Made by a program: the position numbers and the translations under genes. Under the pieces are notes generated by a model. That model did not search any database. It saw only the letters and a list, made by a program, of their open reading frames with translations, and had not been told where the DNA came from. From Mobula hypostoma (lineage: Eukaryota), in assembly GCF_963921235.1 (NCBI RefSeq), contig NC_086107.1:93188001-93252000 (forward strand): a stretch of DNA of 64,000 nt, in the 5' to 3' direction. Every line of letters starts with the position of its first letter. Position 1 is the stretch's first letter. Shown here one piece after another: positions 12,810-25,150 of the stretch.

Positions 12810-13080
12810 CTGGCACAGTGGTGTCTAGTTTAACGCTTCACAACGCCAGCTGTAAGACGGGGTTTGATACCCATCACTACCTGTAAGGAGTTTGTACACA
12901 CTCTCCATGATCATCTGAGGTTCCTCTGGGCCCTCTGGTTTCCACCTGCATTTCAAATATGTAGGTTAGTGAGTTGTGGAGTTGGAGACAGAAGAGTGCT
13001 GCCCTCAGAACATCCTTGAGCTGATGGTCTTGGATGTAAAGCCACACGTTTCCCTATATGTTCCAATGTTTGATGTACAT
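12810..13080 (+). mobile_element. V-SINE interrupted by a CR1 insertion (tail resumes at ~14290)
   Basis: B-box-like GGTTTGATACCC and V-domain; tail GATGTACAT|GTGACAAAAGAAAGCTAAT is split by the CR1. Confidence 0.75.
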
Positions 13081-14290
13081 GGTTGAATTTTTTGAGGATG
13101 TGACTAAACACATTCATGAAGGTAGAGCAGTAGATGTAGTGTATATGAATTTTAGCAAGGCATTTGACAAGGTACCCATGTCAGGCTTATTGAGAAAGTA
13201 AGGAGGCATGGGATCCAAGGGGGCATTGCTTTGTGGATCCAGAAATGGCTTACCCACAGAAGGCAAAGAGTGATTGTAGACGGGTCATATTCTGCATGGA
13301 GTACGATGACCAGTGGTGTGCCACAGGGATCTGTTCTGGGACCCCAACTCTTTGTGATTTTTATAAATGACCTGGATGAGGAAGTGGAGGGATGGGTTAG
13401 TAAAATTGCTGATGACACAAAGGTTGGGGGTGTTGTGGATAGTGAGGAGGGCTGTCAGAGGTTACAAAACTGGGTTGAAAAGTGGCTGATGGAGTTCAAC
13501 CCAGATAAGTGTGAGGCGGTTCATTTTGGTGGGTCAAATATGATGGCAGAATATACTATTAATGGTAAGGCTCTTGGCAGTGTGGAGGATCAGATGGATT
13601 TTGGGGTCCGAGTCCACAGGACACTCAAAGCTGCTACGCAGGTTAACTTTGTGGTTAAGAAAGCATACGGTACATTGGCTTTCATCAATCGTGGGATTGA
13701 GTTTAGGAGCTGAGAGGCAATGTTGCAGCTATATAGGACCCTGGTCAGATCCCGCTTGGAGTACTGTGCTCAGTTCTGGTCACCTCACTACAGGAAGGAT
13801 GTGGAAACCATAGGAAGGTTGCAAAGGAGATTTACAAGGATGCAGCCTGGATTGGGGAGCATGCCTTATGAGAATAGGTTGAGTGAACTTGGCCTTTTTT
13901 CCTTGGAGTGACGGAGGATGAGAGGTGACCTGATAGAGGTGTATAAGATGATGAGAGGCAATGATCGTGTGGATCATTGGCTTTTTCCCAGGGCTGAAAT
14001 GACTAGCACGAAAGGGCACAGTTTTAAGGTGCTTGGAAGTAGGTAAAGAGGAGATATCAGTTGTAAGTTTTTTATACAGAGAGTGGTGAGTGCGTGGAAT
14101 TGTCTGCCAGCGATGGTGGTGGAGGCGGATACGATAGGGTCTTTTAAGTGACTCCTGGACAGGTACATGGAGCTCAGAAAATAGAGGACAATGGGTAACC
14201 CTAGGTAATTTCTAAAGGTAAGGATATGTTCGGTACAGCTTTGTGGGCCAAAAGGCCTGTATTGTGCTGTATGTTTTCTATGTTTCTATG
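13081..14290 (+). mobile_element. Young 5'-truncated CR1 LINE (RT C-half + 3' tail)
   Basis: ORF 13231-13713 SGVPQGSVLGP..IFINDL..IADDTK; LEYCAQFWSPHYRKD; (TTTCTATG)n tail. Confidence 0.95.
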
Positions 14291-14709
14291 TGACAAAAGA
14301 AAGCTAATATTCCTTTAAAACATTTAAAAGACATAGGAACGTGTACATGGATAGGGAAGGTTTTGAGGGATATGGGCTAAATGCTGCCAAATCACAGCAT
14401 ATTCCTCAGGTGTGTTGGTTGTGAACATAAATGACACATTTCACTGTAGTAAATGTGATGAAGAATCTTCAATAATGAATCTTGAATTTTAAACCTTGAA
14501 ACTTGAATCTTGTGAAGACACTTGAATATAAACACAAGAGATTCTGCAGATGCCTGAAATCCAGAGCAATGCACACAAAATGCTGGAGGAACTCAGCAGG
14601 TCAGGCAGCATCTGTGGAGAAGAATACATTTAATCAGAGACTAGAATAGATAGAGGTCTTGGTCAGTATGGACTCCTTGTGCTGAAGGGCTTGTTCAAAT
14701 GCTGTATAT

Positions 14710-15860
14710 ATCTATGACTGTATGCCTTTATGTCTCAATGATTCCAGGACACCATGACTCTGTGTTTTCATGACTCTATGTCTCTAGGTCTCTAGGTCTC
14801 CCTGTCTCTCTGTCTCTATGACCCTTTGACACTATGTCTCTATGATTCTATAAATCTATGACTGTGGGTCTTTGAATCTATGGCACTATGATTCTATGTC
14901 TCTAAGCTTCTTTGACTCTACAACTCTATGACTACATGACCCTAAGACATCCAATACTCTATGTCGCCGTGTCTCTATGACTCTCCGAATCTAAGACACT
15001 GTGACTATGATTCTATGAATTGATGACTCTGTGACACTATGACTATGTCTCTCTGTGATTCTGATACTATGTATATGACTCAATGACTCTATGACAATAT
15101 GACTCCATGATTCTATGACTCTGAGACAATGACTGTGACTCTATGACTGTCTGTCTCAATGACCCTCTAATGTTATGCCTCTATGTCTCTGGGACTCTGT
15201 GACTCTCTGAGTCCATAACTATGACTCTGTGTATTTGTGAATCTCTGATTCTATAATTCTGTGATCCCATGACCATGTCTCTATGTACCCATGACTCTAT
15301 GACACTATGACTCTCTGTCTCAGTGAGTCTATGAATCTATGGCTCGATGACTGAATAGCTCCATGACTCTGGGACTCTCTGATATTATGACTCTGTGACT
15401 TCTGTCTCAATGACTACAAGACTCTATGTCTATATGACTATTTCCCTCTGACTCTATCACTCTCTGTCTCTATGGCTACATGACTCTATGACACAATCAC
15501 CATGACTATGTGCCTTTCTGACTCTCTGACTCTAGAACTGTATGACTCTCTGACACTGTCTCTATGACTCTATAACTGTATGACTCTATGTCTATTTGTT
15601 TCTATGACTCCATGATTCAATTACTCTATGTCACTATGCCTGTGACTCTCTGATCTCTGACTCTCTGACTCTCTGACACTGTCTCTATGACTCTATAACT
15701 GTATGACTCTATGTCTATTTGTTTCTATGACTCCATGATTCAATTACTCTATGTCACTATGCCTGTGACTCTCTGATCTCTGACTCTCTGACTCTCTGTC
15801 TCTATGACTATGACTTCCTGACTTTCTGACTCTGTCTCTCTGTCTCCATGACTCTCTGAC
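14710..15860 (+). repeat. Degenerate (CTATGACT)n satellite containing a 123-bp tandem duplication
   Basis: ACTCTATG/CTATGACT octamer variants throughout; the block starting at 15551 repeats at 15674. Confidence 0.9.
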
Positions 15861-16099
15861 CAGCATATATTTTCCTGTGCGGTACTCTAAGTCATTGAGC
15901 AGATGATGGTGGATCTGCACTTCTGGTCGCGTCGTGCCCCCAATGCAAATTCCAGGAATTGCTGAAGAATGAATGGTTATATATTTGTGAATGGGGTTGA
16001 TATATGATGTGTAGGTGGTAATGCTCCCGTACACTTATAGCTGTTGTCACCAGTAGTACAGGACTTGGACTTTGGAGAAGATGCCAGGTTAGCTGGATG

Positions 16100-16960
16100 A
16101 AGTTCAGAAGTTCAAATTTATTATCGGAGTATATACATGCCACCACATACAACCTTGAGATTCTTTCCCTGCAGGTTTGCTTAGCAAATATATAGAACAG
16201 TAGCTGTAAATATGATCTAGAAACGGTAAACAAACTATGCAAATGCAGATAATAAATAACAATGAATCAATAAAAAGCATGAAATAATGATAAAAGAGTC
16301 CTTAAGTGAGTGTAGTTATCCTCTTTTGTTCAAGAGGGGTAATAATTGTTCTTGAACCTGGAGGTGTGAGTCCTGAGGTACTTGTGCCCTCCAGCTGATG
16401 GCAGCAGCGAGAAAGGTGCATGGCTGGGTGGTGGGGATCTCTGATAATGGATGCTGCATTTCTACGACAACATTTCATATTGATGTGCTCAATGGTTGGG
16501 AGGATTTAACCCATAATGTACTGTTCATCATCAAAGACCACCCCCCACCACCACCACCACCACTACCACTCAGGCCACGCTCTCATGTTGATACTGTCAT
16601 CAGTGAGGAGATAAATGAGTCTTAGGTCCAACGCATCTCCAGGTTCAGGAACAGTTAATGCCCTTCAGCCACTGGTCTCCTGAAGCAACACAGATAACTT
16701 CACTCACCTCAACACTGAACTGATTCCACAACCTGTTCACCTGCTTTCAAACACTCTGCAGCTCATGTTCTCAATATTACTTATTTATTTTTTATTTGCA
16801 AAGTTTGTCTTCTTTTGCACCTTGGTTGTCAGTCTTTGTGTGTGGTTTTTCATTGATTCTATTAAATTTCTTTGTATCTACTGCGAATGTCTGTAGGAAA
16901 GTGTGTCTCAGGTTAGTATATGGTGACATACTATATAGTGAACTTTGCACTGTGAACTTT
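16100..16960. mobile_element. Two Rex1/Babar-like 3' ends back to back (minus 16100-16525, plus 16525-16960)
   Basis: CCAGGTTCA.GAACA..TA motif and (ACTTTGA)n-type tails in opposite orientations. Confidence 0.7.
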
Positions 16961-17374
16961 AAACAGCACTGTCCTGTGGAGTGGTGTGTTCTCTCCAACT
17001 CCCTGTTCAGTTACAGCAGGACTTTCCAATTTTTCCAATGTATGTCGCTTGCAATAAAAAAGCACCAGAATTCCCAAATGTACAACTGCAGTAGAGTTAT
17101 TGCACATTGAAATAAATGCAGAAAGCACTGGGGAGCCTCAGGGAGTTAGCTTGGGGACAGAAACGGAGTTAATGATTCAGGAGGGATATTATCTGGTTGT
17201 CTTTCCACCGACGCATTTGATAACCTGAGTATTTTTATGGCATTATCCATTCCTGTTTCAGATTTCCAGCATCAACCAACCTCAGTAAGTTTTTCTGTCT
17301 GTCTGCCAGTTTCCTCAGATGGGGAGGTAAATGTCAAACATAAAGGAATAATCCTCAGGTTTTCCCCACATTGG

Positions 17375-17615
17375 CCATAAGACCATAAGTCCGGAAGACA
17401 CAGGAACAGAGTTAGACTATAACGGCCCAGTAATTCTTCTCTGCCATTCTATCAAGGCTGATTTATTATCCCCCTCAACCCCCATTCTACTGCCTTCTCC
17501 TTGTAACCTTTGACACCCTTAATAATCACAAACCTATCAACCTCCACTTTAGACATACCCAATGACTTGGTCTCCGTGTTTGTGGCAATGAATTCTACAT
17601 ATCCACCACCATCTG
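17375..17615 (-). mobile_element. CR1 3' end
   Basis: CCATAAGA tail; homologous to 20445, 25810 and 61190. Confidence 0.75.
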
Positions 17616-17939
17616 ACAGAACAAAGTTTGAGAGTGTGATGGACTTTGCCCACTGTAATCAATGCCTAGAAGCAAAGTGACAAACATCTGGCCAGGTCTG
17701 ACACACGGGGAGGGTTGAGGATGTACTTTGGAATGAAAGACAAAGTGGATAATCATGGTCTGGCTCCACTTATCTATGTTTAACTCTAAATCAGATGGTT
17801 GTGTGTTCAGCAGGAACATGTTAACTACAGTCAGTATGTGACAGAGTTAAATAAAACAGAATGTGCTGGTGATACTCAACAGACCAGGTAGCACCCGTAG
17901 AGAGAATAACAGTATCAAAGTTTCTGTTCAATGACTTTA

Positions 17940-18450
17940 ACTAGTATGGATGGTGGTTGTCCATCATCTCTGACGATGACAGGAAACCTGTGCAGGAGAG
18001 TTTTTAAAAGAGGAAAAGTTGCTGCACAGCTCAACTCTCTCAACCTCAGAAGTTCGGCTCCAGTGGTACAAACAGGAGTCACAAACTGGGGTCTTCCTTG
18101 GTTGCAGTGGATGACCCGACGTCTTCTGTGCCCTTCGCTCTCCACAGAGCGTTGCAGAACCACCTTCCTGACCATTGGATCTCACTGTCGATCTCATCCG
18201 CCCTGTCCACCAGAGCTAACATCGTACGCTAGGACAAGCATGTCCCTATCTCACCGGGGTACGAGGCCGCCAGCTACCCTCACCTGCTTTAGCCCGCCTG
18301 TCGAAACAGTGTGGGCACTGTTACACGCAAACAGCTACTTGGAGCCACAGGTGAGAGCTGAGCGCCCGGTGGGGACCAAAGGAAAGTGAGGTGCCCCGGA
18401 ATGGACATGACAAACCATCTCACCAGAGATGCTAAGTATCCCTGGACACC
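17940..18450 (-). mobile_element. Short non-coding RTE-like retroelement, homologous to 31748-32070
   Basis: Shares CAGGTGAGGGTAGC, TGCA.CCAAGGAAG and CCACTGGA..ACTTCTGAGG blocks with the plus-strand copy; RTE assignment is inferred. Confidence 0.55.
18277..18367 (-). ncRNA. Candidate HDV-like ribozyme (imperfect)
   Basis: Minus strand: P2 CTCTCACCTG/CAGGTGAGGG, P3 GGC/GCT, L3 TCCAAGTA, P4 AACAGTG/CACTGTT, J4/2 GCTAA; P1 only partly paired. Confidence 0.35.
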
Positions 18451-18784
18451 AACCGGTATGGCCGATGTCAAAGTGGTCTTACATTAGGCCTCCTCGTTTT
18501 AAGTATAATGAGAAATTAGTTTCTCCGTACAATCTGCCAGTGGTTTAATATAGAACATTTTTCACCATGACATTATTGAGTTGCACTGTCTCTCTCCCTG
18601 TGTCCTGCACAGAAAGTTTGCTTGTTACCAATGGACTGGCTGCTAAAAGCATGGTTCTAATTCAGAAAGAGAGTTTTGGGGATTAAGCTGAACAAACACA
18701 GAAGGTGGAACATAGAATATAGTATATCACACAATATCTGTGCCGAACATGATGCCAAATTAAACCAAAGGTTTTCTGTCTGTA

Positions 18785-19065
18785 TTATTTATTTATTGAG
18801 ATAGTGCAGAGTAGGCCCGTTGAGTTACACCACACAGCAATCCTCAATTTAATCCTTGCCTAATCATGGGACAATTTTACAAAGACCAAATTAATCTACC
18901 AACTGGTACGCCTTTGGACTGTGGGAGGAAACCAGAGCACCCGGGGGAAACCCACACGGTCATGGGGAGAATGTACAAACTCCTTCCAGGCAGAGGCAGG
19001 AGTTGAACCTGGGTCACCTGTACTGTAAATCATCGTGCTATTCACTATACCACCGTACCGCCCCA
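18785..19065 (-). mobile_element. V-SINE with a CR1-type tail
   Basis: Reverse complement of the V-domain (TGTGGGAGGAAACCAGAGCACCCGG); B box on the minus strand at ~18998-19010. Confidence 0.85.
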
Positions 19066-19129
19066 GTGCCACCTTTACATGATGCATATCCCTCTGTTCC
19101 CTGCCCTTTCACGTTCAAAATGTTCAAAA

Positions 19130-19560
19130 GATTAAAAGTAAGTTTCTTATCAGAATACGTGATGTATATGCCGGCATAGGTTCATTTTCTTGTGGGCATT
19201 CACAGTAAAACAAAGAAATACAATAGAATCAATGAAAAGCTGCACACAAGTACTGACAAGCTACCAACGTACAAAAGAAGTGAAACTGCAAATACTATTA
19301 CTGCTCACTATAAGAAGTTCATGAACAATATTGAGTTGCAGAGTTCTTGAAAGTGAATCTATTCATTTTCAAGAACTCACCTTAACTCTGAAATCAGTTC
19401 AGAGCTGGGGTGAGTGAAGCTACCCGTGTTGGTTCAGGAGCCATGATGGTTGAAGGGTAATAACCGTTCCTGAAGCTGATGGCGTGGGGCCTAAGGCTCC
19501 TGTGCCTTTCCCCAAAGGCAGCAGAGAGAACAGAGCTTGGCCTGGATGGCAGGGTCCTTG
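19130..19560 (-). mobile_element. Rex1/Babar-like LINE 3' end
   Basis: Homologous to the 3' UTR of 32285-34672. Confidence 0.7.
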
Positions 19561-20400
19561 TGTCCGTCTGACAGCCAATTAAATGCCATTATCATACCTG
19601 CTTCCACCACCTCCCCTGACAGCCCATTCCCGGCACCCACCACTCTCTGTTCTGAAAAGCTTGCCTCACACATCTCCTTTAAACACCTCCCCACCTCCCC
19701 TCACCCTAACTACATGACCTCCAGTATCTGACATTTCTACCCCAGGCTAGAGCTCGACTGCCTACCCTATCTATGTCCTGATGAAGGATCTCAGCCCGAA
19801 ACATTGACCGTACTCTTTTCCATAGATGCTCCTGACCTGCTGAGTTTCTCCAGCATTTTGTGTGTGTTGCTTCGGATTTCCAATAGCTGCAGATTTTCTC
19901 TAGTTTGTGATTGGACTACGTGTGCCTCTTACAACTTTATGAATTTCCATCGGGTCTCCCCTCAGCCTCTGACCCTCCAGAGAAAACCACCCACATCTGT
20001 TCAGTCTCTCCTCACAGCTCACCTCCTCTGACCCAGACCACAACCTGGTGAACAGCTTTCACTCCCTCTCCAAAGTCTCCACATCCTTCTAGTATATGGC
20101 GGAGTAGACAACACTGCAAGTGCAGACAAACCAGACTTCAGTGCAGCTACAACGTGACTTGCTGACTCTTACAATCAATACCCCAACCAGTGAAGGCAAG
20201 GGTACCATATACCGTCTTTGCCACCCTGTCTACCTGTTTGGCCTTATTCAATGAGCTACAGACCTGGGCCACAAATATCCCTCTGCACATCAATACCATT
20301 AATAGTCCTGTGATTAACTGTATAATCTCCCCTTACACATAACCCGCCAAAATGCAACATCTCCTGCTTGCCCGGATTAAATTTTACCTGTCATTTCTCC
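19560..20400 (-). mobile_element. CR1 fragment interrupted by a Penelope terminus (19775-19910)
   Basis: ORF 19491-19694 QRVVGAGNGLSGEVVEAG; CR1 sequence resumes at ~19920. Confidence 0.75.
19775..19910 (+). mobile_element. Penelope-like element terminal repeat with a decayed minimal hammerhead ribozyme
   Basis: GTC-CTGATGA-AGGATCTCAGCCC-GAAA-CATT-GAC followed by GACCTGCTGAGTTTCTCCAGCATTTTGTGTG. Confidence 0.75.
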
Positions 20401-20444
20401 ATCCTAATCTCTGAAATCAAAGGCAACAGCCTCAGGATAGAAAG

Positions 20445-21615
20445 ACCAGAACGTCATAAGACATGGGAGCATAATGGCCAATCTGCCCATCATCTGATCC
20501 AGCATTCCATCATGGCTGATTTATCCTTCTACTGCCTTCTCCCTATAACCTTTAACAACCTAACTAACCAAGAACCTGTCAAGCTCTGCTTTAAATATAC
20601 CCAATGACTTGGCCTCCACAGCCACGTGCAGCAATGAATTTCAGAGATTCACCAGCATATGGCTAAAGAAATCTCATCTCTGTTCCAAACGGACGTCCCT
20701 CTATTCTGAGGCTGTGCCCTCTGGTTCCAGACACCTCCACTACAGGAACCATCCTCTCCACATCCACTATATCTAGACCTCTCAATATTCAATAGGCTTC
20801 AATGGGATTCCCCCATCGTTCCTTTAAACTTCAGTGAGCACAGGGTCAGAGCCCTCAAACTCTCCTCATACATTAGCCCTTTAATTCCTGGAATCATTCT
20901 TGTGAACCTCTTCTGAACCCTCTCCAACGCTAGCACATCTTTTCTTAGGGAAGGTGCTCGAAACTGTTCACAATACTCCAAGTGCGGTCTGACCACTGCC
21001 TTCTAAAGCCACAGCATTACATTTACTCTTATATTCCAGCTCTCTCAAAATGAATGCCAACATTGCATTTTCATTCCTTTCCACTGACTATCCTGCAGGT
21101 TAATTTTTAGGGAATCCTACACAAGGACTTCCAAGTCCCTTTGCACCTCTGATATTTGAATTTCTTCCCAGTTTAGAATATGCATGTCCTCATTCCTTCC
21201 ACCCAAGTGGATGACCATACACTTCTCCACACTATTTCTATCTGCCATTTCTTTGCCCATTCTGTCCAAGTCCTTCTGCAGACTCCCTGTTTCTCAGCAC
21301 TCCCTGCCCCTCCACCTGTCTTTGTATCATCTGCAAATTTGACCACAAAATCATGAATTCCATGATCCAAATCAGTGAGAAAAGAAGCAGTCCCAACAAC
21401 ACCAAGCCCTGTGCAACACCACTAGTCATTGACAATCAATCAGAAAAGGCTCCCTTTATTCCCACTCTTGTGATGTACTGTATCTATCCTGTGTCTTCCA
21501 AATTGCTCCCAGAAACTCCAGCCATTGCTGCTCTGCCATCATCCCTGCTAGTGTTCCCTTGCAATCAACTTCAACTAGTTCCACTCTCATACCTCTGTAA
21601 CTCCCTTGAATCCAC
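20445..21615 (-). mobile_element. CR1 LINE RT C-half and 3' end, joined to an endonuclease-linker fragment
   Basis: VKFADDTK (21173-21370), VRPHLEYCEQF..LERVQKRFTRMIPG (20799-20996). Confidence 0.9.
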
Positions 21616-22391
21616 TGTAGAGTTGTAAGTTAGGATGGTCCATTTAGTTTGGTTAGGTGTGTTTACGTGGCAAATGGTAATGGGGCTAGTACCTGTGATG
21701 GAACTGAGGTCTGCAGACCTCAGCCTGAGCCTCTAATCTTTCTGCATTCACACGGACCTCCATCAACCATGTCTACTTCGAGAAGTGATCAGGAATTATG
21801 CAGCATCTTTTTGTTTCTTTTGCGAAACCCCAAAGCGATACACAGATATTTGCAAAATTAATATCGATCGGGCAAAAGGGAGAAATATAGTGGAAGGCGG
21901 AAGATAAGAAAGGGGTGTCAAAAGAGGGGGGAGAATTTAAAAAATAGATATGCAAACATTTTATGTCAGGAGAGACAGTCAGTCATTCTATAAATATCTG
22001 ACTGTGGCCGGTTACAAGCTAACTATTTTTAGAATCTTTGACTCAACCTCTGGGAGCTGTCCTGAATTCTAATGTGCTCTGGATTAGAGCTGATCCTGGC
22101 CAGCAGCATTGGAAACACCAGGCAAAGACCAGCCAGGAGATTGGTGTCGTGAGGGGACGGTGGTGCCCGTCGAACAAAAGGGACGACGACTGGCAGTGCC
22201 AAAGGCCGAATCAGTCAGGGTGCCTCTGCTTTACACACACCCATCAGCGCATGCGGGGTGGCGGCCTGAGAGCTGGGAGCCACGAAGGGGCGGTGAAGGG
22301 CGGTAGGATTTTCAATCACGGTGTCATAGAGTTGTACAAGTGGAAGCAGGCCTTCAGCCCAACCTCTGCTCGTTTACTTTGTGAACACAAG

Positions 22392-22635
22392 GGGGCGACA
22401 TGGTAGCTTATTTGTTACAACAGCAGCGATCTGGGTTTAACTCCCATTGCTGTCTGTAAGGAGTTTGTACATTCTCCCCATGACCTCATGGGTTTCCTCC
22501 AGGGGCTCTGGTTTCCTCCCACAGTCCAAAGACGTATGGGTTAGAAGGTTAATTGGTTATACGGGTGTAATTGGACAGTGTGGGCCTGTTGGGACAGACT
22601 GACCCTGTTACCATGTTGCATCTCTCAATAAGTAA
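22392..22635 (+). mobile_element. V-SINE with a CR1-type tail
   Basis: GGAGTTTGTACATTCTCCCC..GGTTTCCTCCCACAGTCCAAAGACGT. Confidence 0.85.
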
Positions 22636-23394
22636 TTGACCACCGTTCGTTCCTGCGTTCACCACGGTGGTCAGCATTTGGCTCTTATCCCTCTGCAGCT
22701 CTCCTATCTATCACGACAGATTCCCCCACCGTCTAGGCCATGCCGCCTTCTCGCAGATTCCACCAGGTACGGAGTCCTGCAGTCCAACGTCACCTGGGCC
22801 AGGAATAGCTACAGCTGCTTTCCCTTCAGACGTTCGTCTCTTGAACCAACCGGCACAGCCCTAACCACCACAGTTTAGCAACACCATAACCACAGCGATC
22901 ACTTAGTACTGTCGTGGACCTCTTGCTTTTGTTGGGGGTTCTTTCCCGTAAGAATTATGCATAAATTATGTTTTAAATTTTTTGTGAATGCTGCCTGTCT
23001 GACGCTCTGTGCCTGTGATCCTGCTACAAGCAAGTTTTTTGTTGCACCTGTGCATATGTAGGCTTGTGCACTCATGGAGCACTACAGCACAGAACCAGGC
23101 CCTTTGGCCCCTCTAGTCCATGCTATCTAGTCCCATTGACCTGCACTTGGGCCACAGCCTTTCATACACTACCCATCCATGTACCTATCGAATTCCTCTT
23201 TAACTTTCTCAACTGACTTTGACCTGCACTCCTGCCGTAGTTGGACTGCATTGCAATGGGGGTTGCAGAGATCTGAGTTGGACCCTGACCTTGGGTCCTG
23301 ATTATGTAGAGTTTGTATATTCTTCCTGTGACCACGTGCGATTCCCTCAGGTGTTCTGGTTTCCTCCCACATCCCAGAGACGTGTTTTATGGTT

Positions 23395-23772
23395 CAATCG
23401 TTCATTATGCGCCGTGTCATATCACGCGGGCGATCATGGTCTTTCCACGACCGTGATTGTTCTTGGCAAATTTTCCTACAGAGGTTGTTTGCTGTTGCCT
23501 TCTTCTGGGCAGCGTCTTTACAAGACGGGTGACCCCAGCCATTAGCAACACTCTTCATAGATTGTCTGCCCGGCATCAGTGGTCGCATAACCAGGACTTG
23601 TGATATGCACCAGCTGCTCATCCGACCATCCACCACCTGCTCCCATGGTTTCACGTGACCCTGATCAGAGGGCTAAACAGGTGCTAGACCTTGCCCAAGG
23701 GTGACCTGCAGTCTACCGGAGAGAAGGAGCACCTCACACCTCCTTTGGTAGGGACGTCTCTCCACCCCACCA
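23395..23772 (-). mobile_element. RTE/Bov-A-like short retroelement (sister of 59078-59483)
   Basis: Closely similar to the reverse complement of 59078-59483; GAAGAAGGCAA..GCAAAC motif. Confidence 0.75.
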
Positions 23773-23964
23773 CTCACATCCTTCATTAGCAACTGTAAAA
23801 AGATTGCTGGTAAAAACAAGTCAAAAAGGTGTTGGTTAGCTTGTGAGGGGCAAGGAGCTACAAGAGAATAAGGAAGGGGCAATGGGGATGGCGGCATTGC
23901 TCCACTGGGAGCTAGCATGGACCTGATGGGCCAAATAGCCTCCGACTCTATCATCATCTCTGTC

Positions 23965-24292
23965 TCTAGAGTGGACACAGCCAGCGACTTTTCCCCAGGG
24001 TGAAAATGGTTAATATGAGAGGGCATTGTTTTCAGGTAATTGGTAGAAAGTGCAGGGGGGGATGTTGGTGGTATGTTTTCAGCACAGAGGGTCGTGGGTG
24101 TTTGAAAAGCCCTGCCAGGAGTGGTAGTGGAGGCAGATCGGAGCGCTTAAGGAATTCTTGCAGAGGCACATGGATGAAACAAAAATGATGCATTACGGGC
24201 TGTGTAGGAGCAAAGGGTGAGATTGATCTTAGAGCAAGTTAAAAGGTTGGCAGAACATTGTGGGCCGAAGGGCCTCTGCTGTGCTGTAATGT
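23965..24292 (+). mobile_element. CR1 3' end
   Basis: RGHCFQVIG motif; GAAGGGCCT..TGTGCTGTA terminus. Confidence 0.75.
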
Positions 24293-25082
24293 TGCCGTGT
24301 GCCCATTCAGACAATGAGGTGCTGAGCTGCTCTTGCTGGGCCGGACACCCACACATCTGCTGGCAGACAGTGATACCAGGGCTAGACAGTAACCATTTGC
24401 CTCTGAAATCTTTCAGTATCCTTGTTACTTTTCCACCTCTGAAATGGCTGCCATCTGCAAATCTATGACATCTTATTCCATACGTCCTTCTTCATAGCCA
24501 CAGAACCTATGCATCCAGTAGCCCCCAGGAGGGTGATCTTGTCGATCCCAAAGCCTTGCTACTTCACCAGCAGGATCTTCTCCTGATACCTAATCCCCTT
24601 TGGAACCTCTGGCTCTATTTTCCAGCCCGAGACGCAGGTTTATCCTTTGAAAGCCAGTTCCAAAGGATAAACCAGAGACTGCCGAGACCCGTGACACAGG
24701 TTTTCCACACGATATCCACACAGATCATCGCAAACGTTGGTACATCAAGATAGTACAGGGGGGAAAGCTCATTTCACGATGTGTGAGTGATGATAAACCT
24801 GATTCTGATCTGAGTGGGAGAGGAGAATTATGGATCATGGTTGGGAAAAGGGGAAGGGAGAGGGGAGAGAATGGAGACATTCTGTAATGATCAGTAAACT
24901 AATTTGTTTGCAATCAAATGACTTTTATGGTGTCTCAGGGCTGGATGCCAACCTATGCCAACCCCTGCTCCTTCTCTGCCACCTGTCCAGCGCCCCTTCC
25001 ACAGTGCTCCACCCTCACCGTTGCCACCATCCTTTCTCCCACCAAATTTACGAACTCGCTGTCCGCTCCCCCCTGACAAATG

Positions 25083-25150
25083 CAGTACTGTACAGGAGTC
25101 ATAGGTGCCCTAGCTAATTGTATGCCTAAGACTATTGCACAGCACAGTAC
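25083..25150. mobile_element. Tiny Tc1-type MITE/palindrome
   Basis: CAGTACTGTACAGGAGTCATAGG...CCTAAGACTATTGCACAGCAC imperfect inverted arms resembling Tc1 TIRs. Confidence 0.55.

Noticed and set aside
13231..13911. Functional reverse transcriptase gene
   Set aside because: It is a 5'-truncated CR1 with in-frame stops; no LINE in the window has an intact ORF2.
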